A DNA stretch of 64,000 nt from the NCBI GenBank assembly GCA_052426225.1, contig JBNJNM010000009.1:682001-746000 (forward strand). Direction: 5' to 3'. Source of the stretch: Zancudomyces culisetae HAW-14-8 (lineage: Eukaryota; Fungi; Kickxellomycota). The notes below the pieces were generated by a model, which did not search any database, was not told the DNA's origin, and saw nothing but the letters and a program-made list of their open reading frames with translations. The position numbers and the translations under genes are program-made. This document shows, piece after piece, positions 37,508 to 49,444 of the stretch; position 1 is the first letter of the stretch, and every line of letters begins with the position of its first letter.

Positions 37508-40500
37508 TATGTATTGCGGCGACAAGGGGCATACATTAGCCGATTGTCCCAAGCGAAAACCGAAAGATACTATTAAACCATTTTCCCCTAACAAATCGAC
37601 TTACGAGTCAACTCCAAATAACTTTTAGTGACATCTATTTCGAGGAATAGCAAGATGTCATCATTCCAGAATAATTCCTCAGCATCTCATCAACTTCTTC
37701 AAATTCCGAATATTTCAAATACCCAAACCAGACTTAATCAACCATTAACTACTCCAATTAAATTATCTTTTGGTAAACAAATAATATATATATCGGCCTT
37801 AATTGATTCTGGCGCTACCGGAAGTTTCATTAATCAAAGTTTAATAATCGAAAAAGGTATTCCCTTTAAGAAAAAATCGATTCCAATCGAAATCACTCTA
37901 GCCGATAACCAACCTCTGAATACAAGTCCAATAGACTTCGAAACTAAGAAGATTTCAATCAATGTCCTGGACCATGTTAGTAAAATCTCATTAAACATAG
38001 TTATATCATTAAGTTTTCCAATTATTCTAGGTATCCCCTGGCTTAAATCATGTAATCCACGAATCGACTGGATATCCTCCACTATTAAAATCGACAAGAA
38101 ATCAGACATTACAAATAACTCAAACGATATAAACTTTATTGGCACCCCCAATCAGTTTAATGATACTTTAGCTTCAATGCTTTCAAATGATGATACAGAT
38201 GCTGAGGCCTCTTATAAATCTAGCACTACAAACCCTAAAAAGGAAGTACCGCATTTGTGGGAAACATATCTTGTAGATAGACCCCTTGAGTCGGCGAAGA
38301 GTAGTCAAGATTTGGAGAAATCCTTGGCAGAACGCCATGTTGTCCGCGATGAGATTTCTAATGTAGAAGATAAAAATTCAAGAAAACCCTTTGAATCAGA
38401 TTTAATATCTGATATCAAATTCTTACAAGTTATCTCAAATACATTAACTTCCCATCAAATTCTTCATGACGTATCTGATGAAAACTTTGAAACTCTTGCA
38501 ACAAAGTATCAAGAATATAAAGACGTATTTTCAAAATCCAAATCCGAGTTACTTCCTGAAGAACGTCCTTACGACTGTGAAATTCCATTTAAAGATACCA
38601 ATTCTATTCCACCATTTAAACCTCTTTATAATTTATCTGAACCCGAACTAAAATGTTTAGAAGAATACATTCGCGAAAATCTACAAAAAGGTTATATCCG
38701 CCCCAGCAAATCACCTGCTGGCGCCCAATATTCTTTGTCAAAAAGAAAGATGGTACTCTACGACCATGTATCGATTACCGAGAATTAAACGAACTTACAG
38801 TTAAGAATAGATACCCTCTACTTTTGATAACAGAACTACTAGACCGATTAGCTGGTGCTAAGATATTCATAAAAATTGATCTACGAGGAGCTTACAATCT
38901 CGTACGAATGAAGCCCGGTGAAGAATGGAAGACTGCTTTCCGTTCAAGATATGGCCACTTCGAATATCTGGTTATGCCGTTTGGCTTAACCAACGCTCCC
39001 GCTGTTTTTCAGCATATGATGAACGATATCTTTCGAGATTTACTTGATATTTCCGTCATTGTGTACTTGGACGACATATTAATTTTTTCAGAAAACCCAA
39101 CAAATCAATTGATCATGTCAAAAAAGTTCTTGATAGACTAAGAAGAAACAATCTTTATGCCAAGCTTGAAAAGTGTATATTCGACCAGAATTCTGTAGAA
39201 TTCTTAGGATTCATTGTATCAGATACTGGTGTTTACATGAGTCAAGAGAAAATTAAAACCTTAATCGACTGGCAAGAACCAAAAAGTGTTAAAGATATCA
39301 TGAGCTTTCTGGGATTCACCAACTTTTATCGACGATTCATAAAAAACTACTCAGGAATTATCAAACCCTTAAGTGACCAAACTAGAAAAAATGTTGGATT
39401 TGAATGGAACGAAGAAAGTAACGATGCCTTCTTAAAACTAAAAAGATTGATTACTTCAGCTTCAATATTAATCCATGCTAATTCTAAACAACAATTCATA
39501 CTTGAAACTGACGCCTCGGATTTTGCTATAGGCGCAGTACTTTCTCAACAAATTTTACCCGAAGATCCGAAACTACACCCAATTGCGTTTTATTCAAGAA
39601 AGCTAATCGATGCAGAAATAACTACGATGTACATGATAAAGAGCTATTGGCCATAGTAGATTCATTAAAACACTGGAGACATTACCTAAGTGGGTCTACA
39701 CATCCGATCCTAGTTTATTCGGACCATCGAAACCTTACTTTTTTAGGACAAGACGAATTTTAAACCAAAGACACGCTCGTTGGGCTGGTATTCTATCGGA
39801 ATACGATTTTAAGTTAAGCTATCGCCCTGGTGCTTTAAATCCTGTTGCAGATGCGCTAAGTCGTAGAACCGACTTTGCTCCTAAAGAAGGGGATGGTTCC
39901 ACAAATCCTCAAAAGTTTGAGACAGTTCTATTACCAAAACAAACATGGCTAAACACTATCAAAACTGTAGAAACAAACAAACGCATCATAACTAGCAACT
40001 CTGAAAAACTTGAAATTGTAAAAACGAGACATGACGCCTTACAAGCAGGACATAAAGGTCAAGCAAAAACATTTGAATTAGTAGCTAAAGACTTCTATTG
40101 GGATGGTATGCGAAATTACATAAAAGACTATGTAAAAGGATGCGACACGTGTCAAAGAAATAAGATCAATAGACACAAACCATTCGGACTATTACAACCA
40201 CAACCGATTGCCAAGAAACCATGGAGTAGCGTAACTCTTGACTTTATTGTTAAGCTCCCAAAGTCAAATGGTTTTGACTCAATACTTGTTATTGCTTGTA
40301 GACTGACAAAACTAGCTCACTTTATCCCATGCAACGAAAATATTGACGCTAAAGGAACTTCAAAATTATTTTTTGACAACATCTATAAACTTCATGGCTT
40401 ACCAACAGAAATTATATCCGATCGTGGACCACAATTTCGTTAGCATTCTGGAATGCTATAATGACAAGTTTAAATATTGAAGTGAAATTATCCACGGCCT

Positions 40501-40633
40501 ATCACCCCGAGACTGATGGCCAAACAGAAAGAATAAATCAAACCTTAGAACAATATTTGAGATGCTACGTAACCTACAATTAGGACAACTGGTCCGAACT
40601 CCTAACATATGCAGAATTTGCATATAATAACTC

Positions 40634-41380
40634 TGTCGGACGTGATCGGGTAGGTCACGTTCTTTGGTCGGGTTTCTGATAGTCAGAAACTCCTGCTTAA
40701 CTATCTCCCCTAGCTCATGGAAGGGATCCTGTGACTGTTCCGGTTCTATATCCATATTGGATACTTCTGAACGGTCACTGTCGGAAGAATAGCGTCTCTC
40801 ATCCTTGAACTGTTGGATGATGGCTGAACGGAGTTGCTGCATCAGACCTGACATTGAGATTTTAGTAATGTTTTAATTATATGTTCTTTTACTTATTTAG
40901 CCGTAGCACTATTAAACTTTATAAATAATCAGCCTTGTTTAAACGAGTACTTTTTGTTCAACTGTTTTCTTTATTTCCTTATTTTTAACTTGTTTCTTAA
41001 AACTACTAAAAGAGCTAAGGAATCCTCATTGAGTCTTCCTTCGCTTATATATATATACTATTTCGTTTATCCTAATAAAAGCTAATGCAAATATCCTATG
41101 TTTCTACGTAATATACTGAGTTGTATCGTGTGGTTTCGTTTTTTCATCGTTTTCGTATTCTTATTGTTCATATATTTGAATGTTGATTTCCAATAATCTT
41201 TTTTAATTGTATTTTTCGTTTTATAATTTTTCTTTGATTATTAAATTTTTTTCAATTGACTAAATAGTATTGTTGTATTATTGATCAACTTTAATTTACT
41301 ATAGTTGATTGATTATGTGGTAATTTAAAATATTTATTTAAAATTGTATAATCCTTATCTACATCGGGATACACACGAGC
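40634..41380 (-). mobile_element. Solo LTR (~747 bp) of the ORF-in-LTR family, copy 1
   Basis: Collinear with 45010..45755. On +, begins TGTCGG exactly where integrase stops. On -, TATATAAG is followed by ORF MSGLMQQ...RYSSDSDRS. The other terminus is damaged and there is no TSD. Confidence 0.8.
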
Positions 41381-43365
41381 TGCAGATAATTTTAGTAAAA
41401 CTATATTAAAATATGTTATAAATTTTTACTTTATTTTATAGTGTTAAAAAATGAACACTAATCATAAAAAACAACTCACTAGTTCGAATTATTATTATAA
41501 ATTCAAACTTGGTATTATTATTAACATTTCACAATGAACAACTCCGAAGCACCCTGTTAATGTCTAAAAGAGTATCATTGGTTACTTTAGCATACCAGAG
41601 TTTCTGCTATATTTTTTAATCAACGGATATTTACTTATCTACAATTATTACTATCAATAATGTACGCTTTTCTTTCTATATTACCAATTTACAAGAAGCC
41701 ACTTCCTCACGTGTTAAATTCAATTCGACAATTGCTTATGTTATTAACACCCATAAATCGTAATGTTCTGTGCATTGGTTTCTATAAAACACTAATAACA
41801 TGGTATTAAATAGAAGCCAAGTTCAAATTTTACTTTATTCTCTAACTTGTCTGCAATTTTCATTTTCAAGGTGATTCCATTAACTGGTAGAATATTTTAT
41901 GGATGAAAAAAACATAATTAATACTTTATATATAGTGTTTTTATTAGTAAATCTATCAAAATGTCTTCTCAGTTGTTCTGCTATCTTATATTATTCTTCA
42001 AATCCTGTTAATTAAAGATTTTGTTGCACCTTTTTTTGGGCTGACTATCCATATATCAACTTTGCCCTACACCTATATGCTTTTCTGTAAAATTAATTAT
42101 TAGTATATTACATTATATTATTTTAGTAACTTTTTCAAATTAGAAATTTTTCAGGTTACTCATAACTTATACTAATAATATATCACCTATTGAATAACAA
42201 AGTTAAACACAAGTTCAAATGGAATGTGCTTTACCCCCCCTAAAAAATTCATTCTCATTTCTAGACTCATACTTTTTTATTTTTATAGTTGTAGTTGTAG
42301 CTGAAGCTGTAGCTGTAACGGCACATAAAACCCATTATGTATCATGGGTCTGGCTTGGTCTCAATAATAACACGGACCCTAGAAACTCTCAAGTATTCAT
42401 AACCCATCATCATATTTTTAGCATTCAAGCTTTGTATACAAATAATTGCTCATGAATATAGCATTAATATAATTGCGTAAGAATTATACACACAGGCAGA
42501 GTCGAGGTACATAATGAGGATCTACTAGAAGATATATCTACCAGTTGTTTAGTAGTTGCTGAAGTTTTATAGTATGTTAGCACGTCTAGATAAATATTTT
42601 TTAAGTTATATAAGTGAGTACAACCTGTAAATTAATAGCCTGCATGTAATTTAGAATATTCAAAGACCATTGTGGGTACCAAATGCTTTTAACCAATTAC
42701 TTAAAAATATAGACTAAAGTTCATAAAACAAATATAAGGATTCCAAAAAATATACAAATTTGCAAGCGGGTAGTCCGGAAATTTGTTGATGTACTTCCTC
42801 TGAATTATCCTTCAAATATACAAAATTTAATTTGGTAAAACCAAGAACGTTTTTATAATAAAATGGTTTCGGCTCAAAAGTTGAAACACCCAAGCCATTT
42901 ATTTTGATGCATAATAAATGTTTATCAACAAATGGCTTTGGAAAAGCATGAAGTGATATACAAAAGTATAGTCTAGAGTGATGATTAATTTATGTATATT
43001 AATTATGCCTTTATTATCATATTTTATCTAATCAAAATACAATAGAAATTATAATAGAAAAGTGTTTTAAATCTGGATTGTTAGTATAATAAATCTGGTT
43101 CAATAAAAGATAGCAGCAAAGTTGAATTAGTAAGTTCCTATAACTGTAACTATAATAGTAGGCTAACATTAAAGTCATAGTCAAAATAATAGAGTTATGG
43201 CACTAAAACTATTGCTTAAACATAAGTTATAACTTTAATTTTTTGGATATGCCGTTTTGTTTAAAAAAGTATATAAAGCATGCTAAATTCAGGTTTAAAA
43301 GAAACCATATCGAATTCCCATAGAATTTAGAAACTCAAGCTAAAACAGTTAGAAAGAAATCCAAA

Positions 43366-43794
43366 ATGATCAAGTCAGTAATCCTCAGCACCTTGGTACT
43401 TAGCTCAGCCTTTGCTCAAAGTGTATAGAGTCCACAGAGCTATAATGTACAGGGATATGATGAAAACAGTGTCTCTGAATCTAATTTCAACGAAATGCGA
43501 CGTGATAAAAGAAAAATGAAGATTGACTTATATTATGCGTATAATTATGGCGGTGTACTAAATACCATCTATGCCGAACCAAACAAGTGCTACCCAGTAA
43601 ATAACAAATCATCAGCAAAAATGGGTGATGTTAGAGGAAAGAAAGGTGCAGTTATGTTTTGCGCATCGACTAATTGTACAGGTGCATGCGTTATTGTGCT
43701 TAGAAGATCTGTAAGCCAAATAGGTAACATTAATTCTCTATATGGAGCCAGTAGAAGTTCATTTTCTGTCTCTTGGATTAGTCCATATTTTTAA
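43366..43794 (+). pseudogene. Small secreted prepro-protein with beta/gamma-crystallin-like Cys motif; in-frame TAG at codon 21
   Basis: MIKSVILSTLVLSSAFAQSV*SPQSY...EMRRDKR|KMKIDLYYAYNYGG...NKCY...SSA...FCASTNCTGAC. TATA-like TATATAAA lies ~95 bp upstream. The fold assignment is by motif recognition only. Confidence 0.7.
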
Positions 43795-44739
43795 ATTATG
43801 AAGCCACTTAGGTATCAATTATCAATTAATTTATTTAAAAGTTTTAAACAACTAGCGTTAAAACTCAAAAATAAATATGATACTGGAACCAAATAATGAA
43901 TTTGAAACTAATCTATCTGTAAATAATAAGTATGTACAAGCTCTTAATAGAATCATTTAGGCTACGATTGGTATTTTAGACAAGCTGTTTAGTGATATAA
44001 ACCTCAACTAAAATCAATTTAGTTAACCTCATAAATTCTATCAAAGTAATATATAATATTCAAACATATCTGTGATAGTTGAAGTGTAAGCGTCAAATCT
44101 GAGTTGCAAGAATAAGTTATGAGTAACTTAGGATGGATACAAAAATATCGAGTACCATTTATCTTATTTTATAGTATCCTCTTGATAAAAAACTACAAAA
44201 ATAAAACATTTTTAAAATTGAAATCTACTTTTAGTAGCTTTAGGAGGTCGAATAGTAATTAACAGAGTTCTTATCTAATAATGTTATCAATATCTATTTT
44301 AATAATAATACTTGAAAAATAACTTAATAATATTAGAAACTTTTAGTTATTATTCAGTATTAATACAATTTAATACATGGTTTCGTTGATAATATTATTT
44401 ATAGTACTTGGATTTAGTACGGGACACAAAGAATTGCTCCAGAGAAGGATGAATTTGAAATTGAATTGAAGAACAAGCGAAACTAAAGTGAACTTATTCT
44501 AAATATGATTATAACATCAACTAAAAAGTAATGAAAACTCAACTAAAAATGTCCAAACTATTAAGCCAATTTAGCCCTAAAATATCAGAAAATCGAAAAA
44601 CAGATAATAAATATATTTTGAAATGTACACCAAAGGCTGAGTATAAGTGCAAAAACAAATATTGAAAATGCATGTTAAAATGAAGTCACAAGCTAAAGAT
44701 GGAGTAGCTCTAAATTCAGCACAACTTGATTAAATATGG

Positions 44740-45931
44740 CCATTGGTGTTTTTTATTAAGTAGGATAATATATAAACAATGGAAGTTCACCAAAAGGTTC
44801 CTTAGCTCTTCTAGTAGTTTTAATAAGTAAAAAAAACAAGATAAATAGTTAAAATTGTGGACAAAAGTTAAAGATGGTAATAATTAAGTTTATTTGGAAT
44901 ACTGCTACGACTAGTTAATAAATATCAAGTATAAAGATAAAAGAAAACTGTTAAAATCGCATTACCAACATGTCAGGATTCGTGAGTAAAATCTGAACCG
45001 CATTGGTACTGTCGGGTGAGGTTGGGTGCAGCTTCATCCTTTGTCGGGGTTTTCAATTGTAAAAAAACATGATCCATAATATCAGCAAATGGGTCACGTG
45101 ATTCTTTGGGATCCACTTCCATAGAAGTGGCTCCCGAACGGTCACTATCAGATGAGTATCTGCCCTCATCTTTTTCTGACTGGATCCATCTGGGTCTAAA
45201 TTTACTCATGAAGCCTGACATTCTTTAAGTGAGATTTTAATAGTTTCTAATATGTCAAAACTTAATATTCATTAACTAGCCGTAGCACTATTCCTAATAA
45301 ACTTCTTAATTATCCTAAACCTGGATTTTAATTCTGAATTGATATTTATTTATCTTACTTTCCTTTTTCTTATTAAAACTATCAAAAGAGCTGAGGAATC
45401 CTCATCGAGTCTTCCTTCGCTTATATATATACTATTTTATTTAACCTAATAAAAGCTAATTTAAATAACCTATGTTTCTACGGTATATACTGAGTTGTAT
45501 CGTGTGTTATCGTTGTTACTTCGTTTTCGTTTTCATATTGTTCCTATATTTGAATGTCGATTTCCTATAATCTTTTTAATTGTATTTTTCGTTTTATAAT
45601 TTTTTTTTGTGTTATTATATATATTTTCAAAAAAATAATTATTATAGTATTTTCAGTGATCAACTTTTAATAGAATGTTAGTTGATTGTTTATGTAGTAA
45701 TTTAAATAATTGTTAGAAAATGTGAATTCCGATCGACATCGGAATACACACGACAGTACATACCGCTAAAGATGAGGGTCGATACTCGTCTAATAGTGAT
45801 CGTTCGGGAGCGGCCTCAGTGGAGTTTTATCCCGAAGAATCACGTTACCCGTTTGCTGATATCATGTATCATGCTTTTTATCAAACAAAGAACCCGACAG
45901 TGGATATGGTTACGCCCAATCCCCTCCGACA
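44740..45931 (+). mobile_element. Older LTR of the same ORF-in-LTR family (host copy), interrupted at 45010-45755; 5' boundary uncertain
   Basis: TATATAAA...GGTTCCTTAGCTCTT, then ATGTCAGGATTC (MSGF) at 44970. Resumes after the insert as AKDEGRYSSNSDRSGAAS and ends ...CTCCGACA at 45931. Confidence 0.75.
45010..45755 (-). mobile_element. Solo LTR (746 bp) of the ORF-in-LTR family, copy 2, with GTAC target-site duplication
   Basis: GTAC|TGTCG...CGACA|GTAC. Internal TATATAAG and ORF start 45221 (MSGFMSKFRPRW...) running out through the LTR end. Confidence 0.9.
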
Positions 45932-46913
45932 CAGGTTCGTTGAATATTTATATCAGCCTTTGAATATCAAATTTAAAAATAACGTTTATTGCCAAAAAAA
46001 TACAAAGCATGTTTGTTCACTTCAATTGAGTCTATCATTAGAATATCAAGATTATGGCCATTTTGATCCCATCTCACTAATTTATTTCCTTTGCTTATAC
46101 TTTTTATAAGTTATTTTATTCAGGTATTCCGTTTTCCCAAACTCATAAATATTCGGATACTTTTCTTTATTAATTTGCCTTAACACTGTAACATGGATCT
46201 CTTATAAAAGTATGAGAGATTTAGCCAGCATTTTGTAATTTAATGTAGGGATATGTTAAAGAAAACCCTGCATATAAAACACACATCATGTATTCATATT
46301 TCAAACCTGGGTTGACTCCATAAATTAAATTTATTTTTACATTATTACAATAACAAGATGGAGCGAACACTAGAACTAAAATAAATTGTTTACTTTGTCA
46401 TAATATAATTCAACTATTCTGTTTATGTTTCAGTAGTTAACTATAATGATGTAATGAGTAAATTTTATTGTGATGACTTTTATTAAGACTACTTTGTAAT
46501 ATGATGAAAATAAAAAAATTATATTTATTCCTAATACTAAAAGATACATGAAAAGAGAACTAAAACATCTCCTGAAAAAACTATCTGTTCTCAAACGAGT
46601 CTTTGAGCCCCATATATGTATGTATGTTGTATCCGCTCAGCTCTTTATTTTATTTTTTTATTTGTGATTATATGCTTATTTTAATTTTTATGCATTTTAT
46701 TCTCTTCCAAAAATGATTATAATTGTGATACAGGCATCAAAATGGAATTGTAAAATCTTAATAATTAGATACTTTGTTTAAAAAATATTCAGCTTGTATC
46801 GATAGTGTAGGAAGTGTTAGTAAAAGTTTTATTATATTTGTTTATATAGGTAAAAATTAATCAAAACTAAATGTGACAGCATTGAATAACACTGGAAAAA
46901 AATATAACTCCAA

Positions 46914-47476
46914 TCAAGCACTAGAATAAACGGGATCAAACAATGCAATACTGCATCCCGCCTCTACAGGGAATTTTCTGTATTTTTCATATGGGATGAC
47001 AGAAAGTGTACGTTCACAAGTACATTGCTTTTTACAGACCTTGTACTCAATAAGCTTGGGTAAATCCCCACCCACTTGCATAGCACCCCAGCCAGTTAAT
47101 TTTCTGTAGGGATACTCGCATCCATCCCTTTTAAATGATGGGTCCTTACTAGCGCTTTGATTATGCAACACCCTGGCATTAACAGAAACCCCGTCCGGAT
47201 ACGAAGGGTTGTTACAAACTTCCTTAATCAAATGATCATATACAAACTCACTAGTATTAGTGTCATCAGCATACATTGTGGAACTGTAATAAAGTGCACG
47301 AGGATACTTCTTAAACAGTTTAAGTCCATCAATAAGCTCGGCTACAGATTCCAGATTGTTATATTTTTCACATCTCCTTGCTTCGCTTTCAATTCTGGTA
47401 AAAGAAACATCAACACCGAAACACTGTTTATGCAACATGCGATGCTGACCAAAACTGCTGTTGTTGCTACCTTCAC
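46914..47476 (-). pseudogene. Small secreted cysteine-rich protein, family member B (GTG at the start position, one frameshift)
   Basis: GTG AAG GTA GCA ACA = (M)KVATTAVLVSIACCINSVF; adding one T joins ORF 46914..47438. Shares CxxY, EVC, GCxY, EYKVC and ExGC motifs with member A. Confidence 0.75.
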
Positions 47477-47588
47477 ACTTACTTTGCTTATTTATAGTAA
47501 TAATTGGGCTTTTATTTGTTATGGTTATTGTACCTAAATAATGTAGCTTAAAAAAAGGTTGATGAGGAAGGAATAACTTGGGTTTGAA

Positions 47589-47603
47589 CCAAGACTATTT
47601 ATA
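47589..47603 (-). promoter_or_regulatory. TATA element TATAAATAGTCTTGG of secreted Cys-rich gene B
   Basis: Exact match to 28631-28645 at a similar distance from the start codon. Confidence 0.7.
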
Positions 47604-48744
47604 TTTGTTTCCTCCATTCTTTTGAAAAAACTAAAAGTATATGAGTATTCCAAAAGTTAATACCAACTTGATACACGTTCTTCTTGCTCCAGTATACTCA
47701 CACTACTTTTGTAACCCTATAGACTCAGTAAAGTTTGCCAAAATTTAATAAAGTCACTTTTCACCCCACCCCCCTTCTTTTCTCCACCAAGGCAGTTCTT
47801 TCAATACATTCTGCAAAGATCCATCAAAAATATTATAATTCATTTGATCCTTGTCGCAGAATATACCTTAACACCTCGTTTGCTCAGAAATAGAAGAATA
47901 ATCAATATTCAATTCTAGAAAAAGAAAGTATTAACAAAGGATAATTCTAAAAATTCAACCTAGTTAATACAAATAGGTATATCACCCTCTCTCTCTCTTT
48001 TTTTCCTTCTCTTCCCAACATTCTGACAATAGAAAAAAAGAAGTTTAACTTTCTTACAAACTGTTTAACTAATTGGATAGTCATTGTTTTTGGTAAGTAG
48101 GCATCTCGGATGAAAATTGTTTTTTGATTGTTACAATTTTTTTTGGTATAGGTATGTATTTATTCTAAAGTTACAACAAAGCCTAAACATCCAAAAACAA
48201 GAATTTTTGAAAAAAATGTGGTTCTTCTACCAACATTCGCTTGGAAAAATAGAATCTTTTTCATATTAAATTCCTTTTATTGGGATGTATTAAGAATAAA
48301 CAGGGTTTATAAAAACGGAGCTATTTCAATTTACCTGTTAAGTGTACAAAATAATACACTTGCAGTTCTCTTGAAAACCAATAGTGTTGATAATAACACT
48401 TTAGTAAACAGTGCATAAACCAAAAACTATCCATTAGGAATAAAACCATTTGAACCACACCTTTATACTTACTCGTACATTAATATGGTGTCAGCCAGGA
48501 AAAGTAACTAGACCATCTATATTACGTAGCACATGTACATTGTTTTGTGAGTCAACAAGAGAGCTATTTTAACTGTTTACTTGGTTTTATTTTGATTTAT
48601 TTACCCACAATGGCTAGCATAACTTACTATCCGCTTAACTTAATGGTAATCAAGTTTTTCTCTTTAAGTAGAATACAAAAGCCTTGTATTTAAGATGTAC
48701 TCTTTTTACAAGAGTTAAAATCAATATTGAGCTCAAAATGGTCA

Positions 48745-48833
48745 GTTACTCAACTATTTTGATATCAAATAATATGTTTAGTTGAATGAAATGAAAACTT
48801 ATTGTTATTATGCGAACATCCATATACAATTAT
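48745..48833 (+). repeat. Short dispersed repeat, copy 2
   Basis: Ungapped alignment to the reverse complement of 20402-20470. Confidence 0.7.
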
Positions 48834-49053
48834 GTGTGTGTACCAATCTTTATTATAATTTGAAAATTCTTTCCTAGATACTATTTTTATCAATTAATAC
48901 ATTACCTTAAAATTTGGTAAAAAATTAAATCGATAAAAAGTGTGTTTAAATTTAGAAACTTTATACGTAATGCTGTGTGTAATGACAGACATCACTGTAT
49001 AATGTTTACAAAATAAGTAAAACTAACTAAATAAAATAAATTTAAACCATATA

Positions 49054-49444
49054 CAGTGACTCAAAAAATTGTTCAAATGTTTTTGATGTTCATTCAAAAA
49101 TTAGTATATCTCACGAATATTATATCGTATCACTATAAAAATTACAATTATATACATTAATATACCATGTATTACCTATCAAAATTTTAGAATACTTGTA
49201 CCAGCCAATCAACTGTAGTTATACTTTTTGTAAAATTATTTTATTTAAACAATTCTTTTGCTTTAAATTAATATTATCAATTTTGAATATATCTTTTTCA
49301 TATTGTTAGATATCATTTAAAAATATTATATGTTACTAGATATAACTTACAATTATCTACACAATACATTAATTATTAAAATATATATTTTAATCAATTT
49401 AAATACGATGAAAAAACTCAATAATGAAAAAGTTTGGAGTGTTA
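49054..49444 (+). mobile_element. Tc1 family B copy 2, left end only
   Basis: Near-identical to 35895-36285 (TIR plus first transposase codons). Cut at a TA by family A copy 2. Confidence 0.95.

Larger units (their letters stand above)
34256..40633 (+). mobile_element. Ty3/gypsy LTR retrotransposon 1 (5' LTR, gag, pol), 3'-truncated within integrase
   Basis: Starts TGTTATGAAC at the DIRS junction. gag from ~35051, with the CMYCGDKGHTLADC knuckle split by Tc1. PR ALIDSGA, RT YLDD, RH LETDASD, IN H-H-C-C and [20 protein letters not shown]. Confidence 0.95.

Noticed and set aside
37615-37635. Programmed -1 gag-pol frameshift
   Set aside because: No canonical slippery heptamer. One extra T in the T-run gives a single gag-pol frame, matching the other homopolymer losses.
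41340-41380. Helitron 5' TC end
   Set aside because: The intact sister copy has TG...CA termini and a GTAC duplication, so the family is an LTR.
18000-43428. TAG stop-codon reassignment suggested by several in-frame TAGs (18000, 18363, 37028, 40581, 43426)
   Set aside because: Long intact genes contain no internal TAG. The aminotransferase ends on TAG at the expected place. The TAGs replace different residues (W, Q) and co-occur with TAA/TGA stops.
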